Assembly (NCBI GenBank): GCA_041746575.1
Contig: JBGTGT010000035.1
Location: 1-41,467, forward strand
DNA length: 41,467 bases
Reading direction: 5' to 3'
From: Microcystaceae cyanobacterium
GTDB taxonomy: Bacteria > Cyanobacteriota > Cyanobacteriia > Cyanobacteriales > Microcystaceae
Below the pieces are notes generated by a model. That model searched no databases and was not told the origin of the DNA. It saw only the letters and a list, made by a program, of their open reading frames with translations. Position numbers and translations under genes: made by a program. Shown one piece after another: positions 19,065-27,462 of this stretch (position 1 is its first letter; the number at the start of each line of letters is the position of its first letter).

Positions 19065-21275
19065 ATGAATTCTGATAACTCGAAAGATTATAAAGATTAT
19101 GTTGAAGAAATTGACTTACAGCGTTATTGGCTGGTTCTTAAACGGCAATGGTTACCTGCATTACTGATACCTGCCGTTTGTCTATCGGGAGCGTTAGTAT
19201 GGCTTCTGCTTTCGTCTCAAGAAGCAATTTATCAAGCCACGGGTAAACTGTTGCTTGTCGTTGATCGCTCGACGTATTTGACAGGGGTAGGTCAGGAAAT
19301 TGGGGAATTGCAAACAGTAGGACGGTCAGATCCCTTACAAAATCAGGCAATTATTGTCGAATCAAGCTCCGTTTTAGAACAAGTTATCCAATCCCTAGAC
19401 CTTAAAGATGAAGACGGTTATCCCCTTTCTGTTGATGGGTTAAGAGACAATTTTGATGTAGACCGGCAAAATGATACGGATGTTCTGATCGTTGCTTATG
19501 AGTCTTCTGATCCCCAATTATCCGCAAAAGTGGTCAATGAGGCGATGAAAACGTATGTAAAGTACAATATTGCCCTTAATCGCTCTGAGGCAACCGTCGC
19601 TCGTAAATTTGTGCAACAAGAAATTCCGCAAGCGAAAGCTGAATTAGATCAACACTCCGAAGCCCTCCGGCAGTTTCAACTGCAGTATCAGATTGTTGAC
19701 TTAGACAGTGAATCTAAGGCGGCAATGGGTTTGGTGGCTAATTTAGATCAACAAATCACGACCTTAAGTAGTCAACTTGCTCAGTTGAACACCCAAGCTT
19801 ATGAACAACAGCAACAGTTAGGAATGTCTGTGACTCAAGCCCGACAGATGGAATTGCTCGGTAGCTCTTCTGTCGTACAAGATACCTTAAAAGAGTTATT
19901 GACGGTGCAAACGGCACTAGAGAGTGAACGGAGTCAATATACGACCAATTTCCCAACGGTTCGAGATTTAGAAGAGAAAGAAGCCGCCCTCAAGACGTTG
20001 CTGACGCAAAGAATTAAGGCGGTTTTACAACAGAATAACCTAACCAGTGGTGCGCCTCAGATAACACTAGGCAATCTGCAGATTAGTGAGCTTGATCGCC
20101 AATTAATGACCCAATTAGTCGGAACAGAGTCCAATCGCCTCAGTTTAGCCAGCCAGATTGCCAGTTTACAAGCTCAACGGCAGGAGATTTACCAGCGATT
20201 GGGCAATATTCCGACCCTCACAAAACAACAAAGAGAACTCCAGCAACGAGTCACGATCGCCGAAAATAATTACTTGAAATTATTAGAAAGACGACAAGAA
20301 TCCCTCTTAGCGGAAAATCAAGTTTTGGGCAGTGCAGAAATTATTGAACGAGCGCAAGTCCCCTTGATGCCGATTGCATCGGAGCAAAGTCGTCTGAAGT
20401 ATTTATTAGCCGCAGGTGTCGGGGGTGTTTTTCTCGGTGTTGCTACCGCCTTCTTTTTAGATCTTATTGATCGAAGCATTAAAACGGTGAAAGATGGCGA
20501 AGCTCTATTAGAATATCCTATAAGAGGCGTTATTCCTCACTTTAAACTAGAAAAATCTCAAGATTGGCAAATTTTAGCTGAAAAACAAAAAGGAATTCCG
20601 TCTTCTCGTATTATTACATTAGCCCAACCCCAATCGGTAGCGGCCGCCGCCTATCAGCGTCTTTATGGCAATCTTCAATTGATTCATGCGGAGCCGTTTC
20701 ACGCTGAACCCTTACAGCGGAGGCTAGTGGTGACAAGTGCGGTCGACCAAGAAGGAAAATCTGAGGTTTGTGCGAATTTAGCGGTTATTATGGCACAAAC
20801 AGGCAAACGAACGGTGTTAGTTGATGCGAATTTGCGATCGCCTACTCAGCACCTTCTTTGGAATGTTGACAATGAGATAGGTTTGAGTCATTTATTATTA
20901 GGAAAAGCCGACTTATCTGAAGCAGTCACCGTTCTAGACGACAATTTAGCCCTAATTCCGGCTGGAGCTATCCCCATGAACCCCTTAACCTTCATAGATT
21001 CAGATGGGATGGAACAATTACTTAAGTTATTGCTGACTCAGTATGACTATGTGCTGTTGGATACACCCTCTTTAAGGACAGCCACTGACGGGGTGATGAT
21101 TGGCAAGCTTTCTGACGGGATTTTATGGGTTTTACAGCCTAGAAAAGCAGATATGTCCAGTGCTTTGTCAGCTAAATCATTGTTAGTGCGCTCAGGGACA
21201 AAAATTCTGGGCATTGTGGCTAATAATGTCAATATTCAGGATGAACACGAGGATCATGTCTCTAATCTCCAATGA
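19065..21275 (+). CDS. wzc: Wzc/GumC polysaccharide copolymerase with a BY-kinase-like domain, lacking the C-terminal Tyr cluster
   Basis: EEIDLQRYW.VLKR, TM1, long coiled-coil region, TM2, Walker A VTSAVDQEGKS, A' VDANLR, B LLDTPS. Confidence 0.9.
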   Translation: MNSDNSKDYKDYVEEIDLQRYWLVLKRQWLPALLIPAVCLSGALVWLLLSSQEAIYQATGKLLLVVDRSTYLTGVGQEIGELQTVGRSDPLQNQAIIVESSSVLEQVIQSLDLKDEDGYPLSVDGLRDNFDVDRQNDTDVLIVAYESSDPQLSAKVVNEAMKTYVKYNIALNRSEATVARKFVQQEIPQAKAELDQHSEALRQFQLQYQIVDLDSESKAAMGLVANLDQQITTLSSQLAQLNTQAYEQQQQLGMSVTQARQMELLGSSSVVQDTLKELLTVQTALESERSQYTTNFPTVRDLEEKEAALKTLLTQRIKAVLQQNNLTSGAPQITLGNLQISELDRQLMTQLVGTESNRLSLASQIASLQAQRQEIYQRLGNIPTLTKQQRELQQRVTIAENNYLKLLERRQESLLAENQVLGSAEIIERAQVPLMPIASEQSRLKYLLAAGVGGVFLGVATAFFLDLIDRSIKTVKDGEALLEYPIRGVIPHFKLEKSQDWQILAEKQKGIPSSRIITLAQPQSVAAAAYQRLYGNLQLIHAEPFHAEPLQRRLVVTSAVDQEGKSEVCANLAVIMAQTGKRTVLVDANLRSPTQHLLWNVDNEIGLSHLLLGKADLSEAVTVLDDNLALIPAGAIPMNPLTFIDSDGMEQLLKLLLTQYDYVLLDTPSLRTATDGVMIGKLSDGILWVLQPRKADMSSALSAKSLLVRSGTKILGIVANNVNIQDEHEDHVSNLQ

Positions 21276-21339
21276 GCGCGGGGCTTATTCCGTTATTATT
21301 TTAAATTGATTAACATTTCCTCTACTTAGTTATTTGGTT

Positions 21340-22143
21340 ATGCAACGTCATCTTGTTTTTACGAATGGACGCAGTGGCAGTAATTATCTGGCGGGTTTAA
21401 TTAACCGTCATCCGCAATTAGTCAATTATGGAGAGGTACTGGGGGAGTGGACCATTCCTTACCGAATTTATGAAAAACTAATGATTAATAAACTTTCTAT
21501 GGCAGACTATCTGAATTATCTTTATTCAAGTCGGTCTTTTTTTTATTTGTCACAAATTTATTCAGCTTTTGCCCATCTGCAAAAATCCAAAAAGGTTAAC
21601 CTCAAACGATGGCGAGCAATTCAAAGTTTGGGAATTAAAGATTTCTCTATGAACTTTACCCGTCGAGGATTGAGAAATTATCTTCGTGAACAACCTGATA
21701 TTAAAGTGATTTGTTTATATCGAGAAAATCATCTCGAAAGATATATTTCCTACCTTAATTTACAACAATCAGGGGTTGTCTCTCTAGAAAAAGGATCTTC
21801 TGAGGGGAATTCTCCCCCAAATTTTAAGGTAAACGTGCCGATAGATATCTTAATTCGTGAATTAGAAACGATTGAACGGGAAACTCTAGAACAGTTAGAA
21901 ATTGTCCGAGAACTTTCTCCAGAGAGGGTGTATAAAATTCGCTATGAAGACTTGTTTTCTTCAGCAGAAAAAAGAATATTGATTCAATCAGAAATGTTTG
22001 ATTTTTTAGAAGTTGAAACTTTAGATATTCAAGGCTCTAGCAGAAAAATCTTGAGCAAGCAAATGGCAGATATTATCGAAAATTATGACGACTTTTATCA
22101 AGCCCTTAAACAGACTAAATACGAAAAATTTCTTAATCACTAA
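21340..22143 (+). CDS. Sulfotransferase (Stf0-like)
   Basis: FTNGRSGSNYL..LINRHP...NYGE, LYRENHLERYIS, IRYEDL, IENYD. Confidence 0.75.
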   Translation: MQRHLVFTNGRSGSNYLAGLINRHPQLVNYGEVLGEWTIPYRIYEKLMINKLSMADYLNYLYSSRSFFYLSQIYSAFAHLQKSKKVNLKRWRAIQSLGIKDFSMNFTRRGLRNYLREQPDIKVICLYRENHLERYISYLNLQQSGVVSLEKGSSEGNSPPNFKVNVPIDILIRELETIERETLEQLEIVRELSPERVYKIRYEDLFSSAEKRILIQSEMFDFLEVETLDIQGSSRKILSKQMADIIENYDDFYQALKQTKYEKFLNH

Positions 22144-22396
22144 GCTCCTCGCTTGATTAGAAAAAGAATAAAAACGCTTTAAAGGAAAATCTTGTTTTTC
22201 TATACCTTTTTATAGAGAGATGAATAAGAAATCATCCTAAAGATGGAGGCTTAAATTCCTAAATCTTTTAAGCTATCATGTAAACTAAATTTCAGTAGAA
22301 CGATTCCTTTTTAAATCCATTATTTGGAAATTAATTTGGCTGTTTTGCTGGCTTATTACTGTTGTTTTTTTACCACTTTTTAAGGATAAAACCTCC

Positions 22397-22753
22397 ATGA
22401 AAAAGTTCGCTATCAGCGTTGCAACTACCTCCATTATTGCTGGAAGTATCCTTGCTGGATTACCAGCTAAAGCGTCCGCAAATCCCTTAATCTCTAGTTC
22501 TCCGGTTTTGGCTCAAACGGGTATTAGGCAGGAAATCGCTAGCTTAAGGGCCCTGATGGCTCAGCTCCTTGAGCGATTCAATCAGCTTCTAGCGCAACTA
22601 GAACAAGAGTCTAATAACAATAGCAACCCCGGCAATGGGGGTGGCACGACTAAAGTCCCTGAACCTTTAACCATTCTTAGTACTGGCGTTGTCTTAGGCG
22701 TCCTTCCTATCCTGAAAAAAGAATACGCCAAAAGACAAGACAAAGAGGATTAA
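22397..22753 (+). CDS. Small PEP-CTERM sorting-domain protein (cyanobacterial type)
   Basis: Signal peptide ending PAKASA, amphipathic helix, N/G linker, then VPEPLTILSTGVVLGVLPILKKEYAKR (PEP + TM + basic tail). AAGGA RBS. Confidence 0.92.
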   Translation: MKKFAISVATTSIIAGSILAGLPAKASANPLISSSPVLAQTGIRQEIASLRALMAQLLERFNQLLAQLEQESNNNSNPGNGGGTTKVPEPLTILSTGVVLGVLPILKKEYAKRQDKED

Positions 22754-22992
22754 ATGGCTGAGCGCAGAATGAAGAAGGCAATAAAAAATGGCAGTCTGTG
22801 CGATAGTTTGCTCTGAAATAGTCAATTTGCTAAATCTTTTAATGCGCAGTGCTATGGCATTTATCTGATTTTGAATTGATGCTTGCTTAAAAAATCAAGA
22901 ACCTCGTAATCTATTCAATATTCCCCGTTGCAATTTCAATTTTTTCCATTCGTTTGTAGTGGACTAGGAAGTATTTATAAGACGAATAGGTT

Positions 22993-23032
22993 GTGATTCT
23001 CCTTGTCTTTTTCTGGGGAATCACTCTTTTTT
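22993..23032 (+). terminator. Terminator-like hairpin between the PEP-CTERM gene and the exosortase
   Basis: GTGATTCTCC-12 nt-GGGGAATCAC (one G-U pair) followed by TCTTTTTT. Confidence 0.55.
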
Positions 23033-23078
23033 ATGTTAACTTGTTCGGTAAAAATCTCTTTTCCAAGATAAACTCAAC

Positions 23079-23921
23079 ATGAAAACCCTCAACATTCGTT
23101 CTTTCCATTGGTTATCTCAATCTAAGTTTTGGCTTTTGAGCTTGACTGTGAGTTTGGCAGTCATTTATTTGACGGTTCTTTTGCGTTCTAAGGATATCGC
23201 TCATTTTGGTATGAGTGTTTTATTTTTCTTAGTGGTTATTTCTCTGTTTAGGGAAAAACCCGAGCGCCTTAATTTCAAGAGTTCTTTTTGGGCTAAAGTG
23301 ATGGGGGGGCTGATTATTCTGATTTTTTTAGTGAATTTTCCCTTTGTCGTTAATAAAAATCAATTAAGTCCTATTTTACGGAGTGCGCCGTTTGCATGGG
23401 GGTTAGGGTTAAGTTTAATCGCTTTTGGTTTGCAAAGAACTAAGCAATATTGGCGAGAACTGCTCATCCTTTTCTGTTTGGGGATTCCTAGCTTGATGCT
23501 CTCAAAGTTACTGGATTTGTCAGTGTTTGCCGCTCAATTTTCGGGATTTATTCTGCAATGGATTCATAAAGATGTGGTGCGCGAAGGGGTTTATCTCTAT
23601 TTCCCGAATGCCACGATAGAGGTCAATAAAGGGTGTTCAGGATTAGAAGCTATCACTTATCTCTTGGGAATTGCCGTTATTTTGTTAATTCTTTTTCCTT
23701 TAAAGCAAATTCATAATCTTATTGTGCCAATTATCGCTGTTAGTCTAGCGTTTGTGGTCAATGGATTGCGGGTGGTGCTAATGTCTTTGTTAGTGGCTGA
23801 TAATCGGATGGATGCTTTTAAATATTGGCATGAAGGGGAGGGGTCGCTGGTAGTAGGAATGATCGCTGTTGTCATTTTTGTGGCTTTCTACTGGCAATTA
23901 ATTCGGCGAAATCCTGTTTAA
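23079..23921 (+). CDS. crtA: Cyanoexosortase A (exosortase/archaeosortase family)
   Basis: About 8 TMs. Catalytic Cys-Arg-His triad in EVNKGCSG, NGLRV, YWHEGEG; also QYWREL.IL. Directly downstream of a PEP-CTERM gene. Confidence 0.88.
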   Translation: MKTLNIRSFHWLSQSKFWLLSLTVSLAVIYLTVLLRSKDIAHFGMSVLFFLVVISLFREKPERLNFKSSFWAKVMGGLIILIFLVNFPFVVNKNQLSPILRSAPFAWGLGLSLIAFGLQRTKQYWRELLILFCLGIPSLMLSKLLDLSVFAAQFSGFILQWIHKDVVREGVYLYFPNATIEVNKGCSGLEAITYLLGIAVILLILFPLKQIHNLIVPIIAVSLAFVVNGLRVVLMSLLVADNRMDAFKYWHEGEGSLVVGMIAVVIFVAFYWQLIRRNPV

Positions 23922-23929
23922 GAAGGGTA

Positions 23930-24028
23930 ATGATGGCAAAAGGGCGATTAGAGCTAGAAAAGATGATAATTTTTTGTTTTGCCTCAATTTTATTATTATC
24001 AATAACGATCTGGGGCTTGTTTAATTGA
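23930..24028 (+). CDS. Putative 32-aa single-TM small protein (MMAKGRLELEKMIIFCFASILLLSITIWGLFN)
   Basis: ATG 8 nt after the crtA stop with a purine-rich gaaggg upstream; one hydrophobic segment; below the ORF-track length cutoff. Confidence 0.3.
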   Translation: MMAKGRLELEKMIIFCFASILLLSITIWGLFN

Positions 24029-24110
24029 CAAAACCCTATCCTATCCTTGTTATTCATAGGTAACAACTTGTGTTAACCTATTTTGTAGCCATTCTAGAGA
24101 TAGAACAAGC

Positions 24111-24893
24111 ATGAAAACAGTGATCCTCTGTGGCGGTTTCGGTACACGCATTCGAGATGTAGCGGACAACATTCCTAAGCCAATGATTCCCCTCGGCGAT
24201 AAGCCCATTATCTGGCACATTATGAAGTATTATGCTTGCTGGGGACACAAAGAGTTTATCTTGTGTTTAGGGTACAAAGGACAATCCATCAAAGATTTTT
24301 TTCTTAACTATGAGGCAAGTACCAGTGATTTCACCCTAACATTAGGCAAACAGGGTCAGGTTGAGTATCATAGCAGTCCTGCTGAAACCGAATGGCGAAT
24401 TACGCTAGCGGAAACAGGATTAAATACCTTAACCGGTTCTCGCCTCAAACGAGTCCAAAAATATCTCGCCGACGAAGACCATTTCATGCTGACTTACGGT
24501 GACGGAGTGGGTTCAATTAATATTGACCAATTAATCGACTTTCATCGTTCCCACGGCAAAATTATGACGGTGAGTGGGGTTCGTCCTCCCGGTCGTTTCG
24601 GGGAACTGGAAATCGGCGAAGATAAGGCGGTTAAGGGGTTTAATGAAAAACCACAAGCCACTGGGGGTCGAATTTCGGGGGGGTACTTTGTTTGTCGTCA
24701 GGAGATATTTAAGTACCTTGACGATCATGACAACCAAACCTTAGAACGAGAACCGATGCAAAATTTGGCCCAAGCAGGTCAAATGATGGTGTATGAACAT
24801 GACGACTTTTGGCAACCGATGGACACCTATCGGGATTATACACTTCTAAATGGATTAATCGAGAAAGGAGAAGCCCCTTGGATGATTTGGTGA
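24111..24893 (+). CDS. rfbF: Glucose-1-phosphate cytidylyltransferase
   Basis: VILCGGFGTRI, PKPM, LGYKG..IK.FF, TG.RLKRV, MLTYGDGV, FWQPMDT.RD, APW..W. Confidence 0.95.
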   Translation: MKTVILCGGFGTRIRDVADNIPKPMIPLGDKPIIWHIMKYYACWGHKEFILCLGYKGQSIKDFFLNYEASTSDFTLTLGKQGQVEYHSSPAETEWRITLAETGLNTLTGSRLKRVQKYLADEDHFMLTYGDGVGSINIDQLIDFHRSHGKIMTVSGVRPPGRFGELEIGEDKAVKGFNEKPQATGGRISGGYFVCRQEIFKYLDDHDNQTLEREPMQNLAQAGQMMVYEHDDFWQPMDTYRDYTLLNGLIEKGEAPWMIW

Positions 24894-25978
24894 TGCGTAA
24901 ACCCTTGGTGGATGAACTAGGCATTTTTTCGGGCAAACGAGTCTTTTTAACGGGAGATACTGGCTTTAAGGGATCTTGGTTGGCTTTGTGGTTACACGAA
25001 TTAGGCGCAGAGGTTTTGGGTTACGCCTTACCTCCTCCGCAACGGATTGATCATTTTTGCGCCATCGGACTTGAGCGTCTAATTCAGCATATTGACGGTG
25101 ATATCCGAGATTCAGAGCAATTATTGGGCGTTGTCAAGGATTTTCAGCCTGAATTTGTCTTCCACTTAGCGGCGCAACCCCTAGTCCGTCTTTCTTATAT
25201 TGACCCAAAATTGACCTTTTCTACCAATGTGGAGGGATCGGTTAATGTTTTGGAAGCCGTCCGCTTAACCCCTTCTATTCGTTCGTTAATCTATGTGACC
25301 TCAGATAAGTGTTACAAAAACAATGAATGGATTTGGGGATATCGAGAAAATGACGAATTAGGCGGTCATGACCCCTATAGTGCCTCAAAAGCGGCGGCGG
25401 AATTGGTGTTTTCTTCCTACACCGATTCTTTTTTTAAGTCCGTTGATACCTTAGGGGTGGCCAGTGTCCGCGCAGGGAATGTGATTGGGGGGGGTGATTG
25501 GTCAGAAAATCGCATTATTCCGGATTGTATTCGGGCTTTGCAGGCCAAAGAACCGATTATCTTGCGTAATCCGTCTTCGACTCGTCCGTGGCAACACGTC
25601 CTAGAACCCGTGTTTGGCTATCTTGCCTTGGCGGCCAAACTTTATACGTCCCCGAAAGCTTACTCTGGTGCGTGGAATTTTGGACCTCGTATTGATTCGA
25701 TTCAATCGGTGCAAACCCTAGCAACTCAGGTCATTAAAATTTGGGGAGAAGGGGAATTAACGACTAATATTGAGCAGAATGCCCCCCATGAGGCTCGTTT
25801 GTTGCAGTTAAACTGTGATAAGGCTCATCAATGTCTGGGTTGGTCACCTTGTTGGGATTTTGGGCAAACCATTGAGGAAACGGTACGCTGGTATCAGCAC
25901 GTTTTGAAAGGTCATGACGCGATCGCTATGACACAAAAACAAATACAAGATTACAGGAGGTCACAAACCAATGATTGA
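24893..25978 (+). CDS. rfbG: CDP-glucose 4,6-dehydratase
   Basis: TGDTGFKGSWL, FHLAAQPLVRLSY, TSDKCY.N.EW, DPYSASK, RAGNVIGGGDW, RPWQHVLEP. TGATG overlap with rfbF. Confidence 0.95.
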   Translation: MRKPLVDELGIFSGKRVFLTGDTGFKGSWLALWLHELGAEVLGYALPPPQRIDHFCAIGLERLIQHIDGDIRDSEQLLGVVKDFQPEFVFHLAAQPLVRLSYIDPKLTFSTNVEGSVNVLEAVRLTPSIRSLIYVTSDKCYKNNEWIWGYRENDELGGHDPYSASKAAAELVFSSYTDSFFKSVDTLGVASVRAGNVIGGGDWSENRIIPDCIRALQAKEPIILRNPSSTRPWQHVLEPVFGYLALAAKLYTSPKAYSGAWNFGPRIDSIQSVQTLATQVIKIWGEGELTTNIEQNAPHEARLLQLNCDKAHQCLGWSPCWDFGQTIEETVRWYQHVLKGHDAIAMTQKQIQDYRRSQTND

Positions 25979-26420
25979 AGGGGTTAAAATTACGCCGTTA
26001 CGGCAGATTCCCGATGAACGGGGCAAAATTATGCACATGATGCGCTGTGACAGCGATGTCTTTCAAGGATTTGGCGAAATTTATTTTTCTTGTGTTTATC
26101 CTGGTGCGATTAAAGGATGGCATATTCATACGGAAATGACCTTGAATTATGCAGTGCCTCACGGACAGATCAAATTTGTTTTGTATGATGATCGCTCGGA
26201 TAGTTCTACAAAAGGGGAATTACAGGAAATTTTCATGGGAACGGACAATTACTGTCTGGTGACTGTACCTAAGTTGGTTTGGAATGGGTTTAAGGGCATT
26301 GGCACGGAAATGGCGATTGTGGCCAACTGTACCGATATTCCCCATACCCCCGACGAAATCAAGCGCAAAGATCCCTTCGATCCCTCTATTCCCTACGATT
26401 GGAGTCTAAAACACCGATGA
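25971..26420 (+). CDS. RmlC-like cupin NDP-4-keto-6-deoxyhexose 3(,5)-epimerase
   Basis: DERG, FGEIYFS, IKGWH.H, LYDDR..S.T.G, VP..VWNGF. Short 149-aa form. Confidence 0.88.
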   Translation: MIEGVKITPLRQIPDERGKIMHMMRCDSDVFQGFGEIYFSCVYPGAIKGWHIHTEMTLNYAVPHGQIKFVLYDDRSDSSTKGELQEIFMGTDNYCLVTVPKLVWNGFKGIGTEMAIVANCTDIPHTPDEIKRKDPFDPSIPYDWSLKHR

Positions 26421-27373
26421 AACAGCGAATCCTCATTACAGGCGGCTTAGGATACGTTGGAGGTCGCATTGCCGCCGCTTTGGCGACCCATCCCCAGTAT
26501 GAGGTGGGGGTGACCACTCGTTCATCCTTGCCCTCTCAACCGCGTTGGTTACCCCAAGGAAAGGTGATCGCCTTGGATTTACTGAACGGGGAAGACTGCG
26601 ATCGCGTGTGTCAAAATATAGATACGGTGATTCATTTAGCAGCCCTTAACGAGATTGAGAGCGGCCAAGATCCAGAGAAAGCCCTTCTGGTCACGGGATT
26701 AGGCTCGTTGAAACTGTTAAAAGCCGCCCAAAAAGCCGGCGTAAAGCAATTTATCTACTTTTCCACAGCCCATGTCTATCGCGCGCCCTTGGTGGGGACG
26801 ATTAGCGAAGATGATATTCCCCGTCCGGCGCATCCTTACGCTATTACCCATAAAACGGCAGAAGATTTTATTTTAGCAGAAGGCGATCGCTCATCTTTAC
26901 GTACCTTGGTCTTACGTCTTTCTAATGGCTTGGGCGCACCTACTCATCCGGATGTCAATCGTTGGACGTTGGTGGCTAATGATCTCTGTCGTCAGGCCGT
27001 TGTGCAGAAAACCCTCACTTTGCATTCATCAGGGCTACAATGGCGGGATTTTATCACGTTAGAAGACGTCGAACGGGCGGTTGAGCATTTATTAAAGCCT
27101 GAAATCGATTGGGGCAATGGCATCTTTAATTTGGGGGGAGAAATGCCTCTACGGATTCTCGATGTTGCCGAAATTATTCAACAACGGTGTCAAAAAAACC
27201 TCGGATTTAAGCCAAATCTAGTGCGACCTGAACCCAAAGCTGGAGAAACTCATAAAACCCTCGATTACCGCATTGATAAACTCAAAGCCATAGGATTTAG
27301 TCCTAAAGGTAACATTGACCAAGAAATTGACGCAACGCTAAATATTTGTCAGAAAGCTTTTGGTAATTCTTGA
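26417..27373 (+). CDS. NAD-dependent SDR, likely NDP-4-keto-sugar reductase
   Basis: LITGGLGYVG, VIHLAA, FSTAHVY, PYAITHK (atypical YxxxK register), RDFI. ATGA overlap with the upstream gene. Confidence 0.8.
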   Translation: MKQRILITGGLGYVGGRIAAALATHPQYEVGVTTRSSLPSQPRWLPQGKVIALDLLNGEDCDRVCQNIDTVIHLAALNEIESGQDPEKALLVTGLGSLKLLKAAQKAGVKQFIYFSTAHVYRAPLVGTISEDDIPRPAHPYAITHKTAEDFILAEGDRSSLRTLVLRLSNGLGAPTHPDVNRWTLVANDLCRQAVVQKTLTLHSSGLQWRDFITLEDVERAVEHLLKPEIDWGNGIFNLGGEMPLRILDVAEIIQQRCQKNLGFKPNLVRPEPKAGETHKTLDYRIDKLKAIGFSPKGNIDQEIDATLNICQKAFGNS

Positions 27374-27462
27374 TTTAGTTGCAAATAAGCGTGAATTTGC
27401 CTTCCGCAATTTTTGTTAAGAACCTTTACAATCAAATATCATAATTTGTATTACATACAGCT

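Noticed and set aside
20685..20714. HAEPF-HAEPL micro-duplication in Wzc
   Set aside because: A 5-aa loop duplication with diverged codons and no functional implication visible.
23079..23921. crtA read as a carotenoid gene
   Set aside because: Symbol homonym only; the protein is a multi-TM Cys-Arg-His exosortase.
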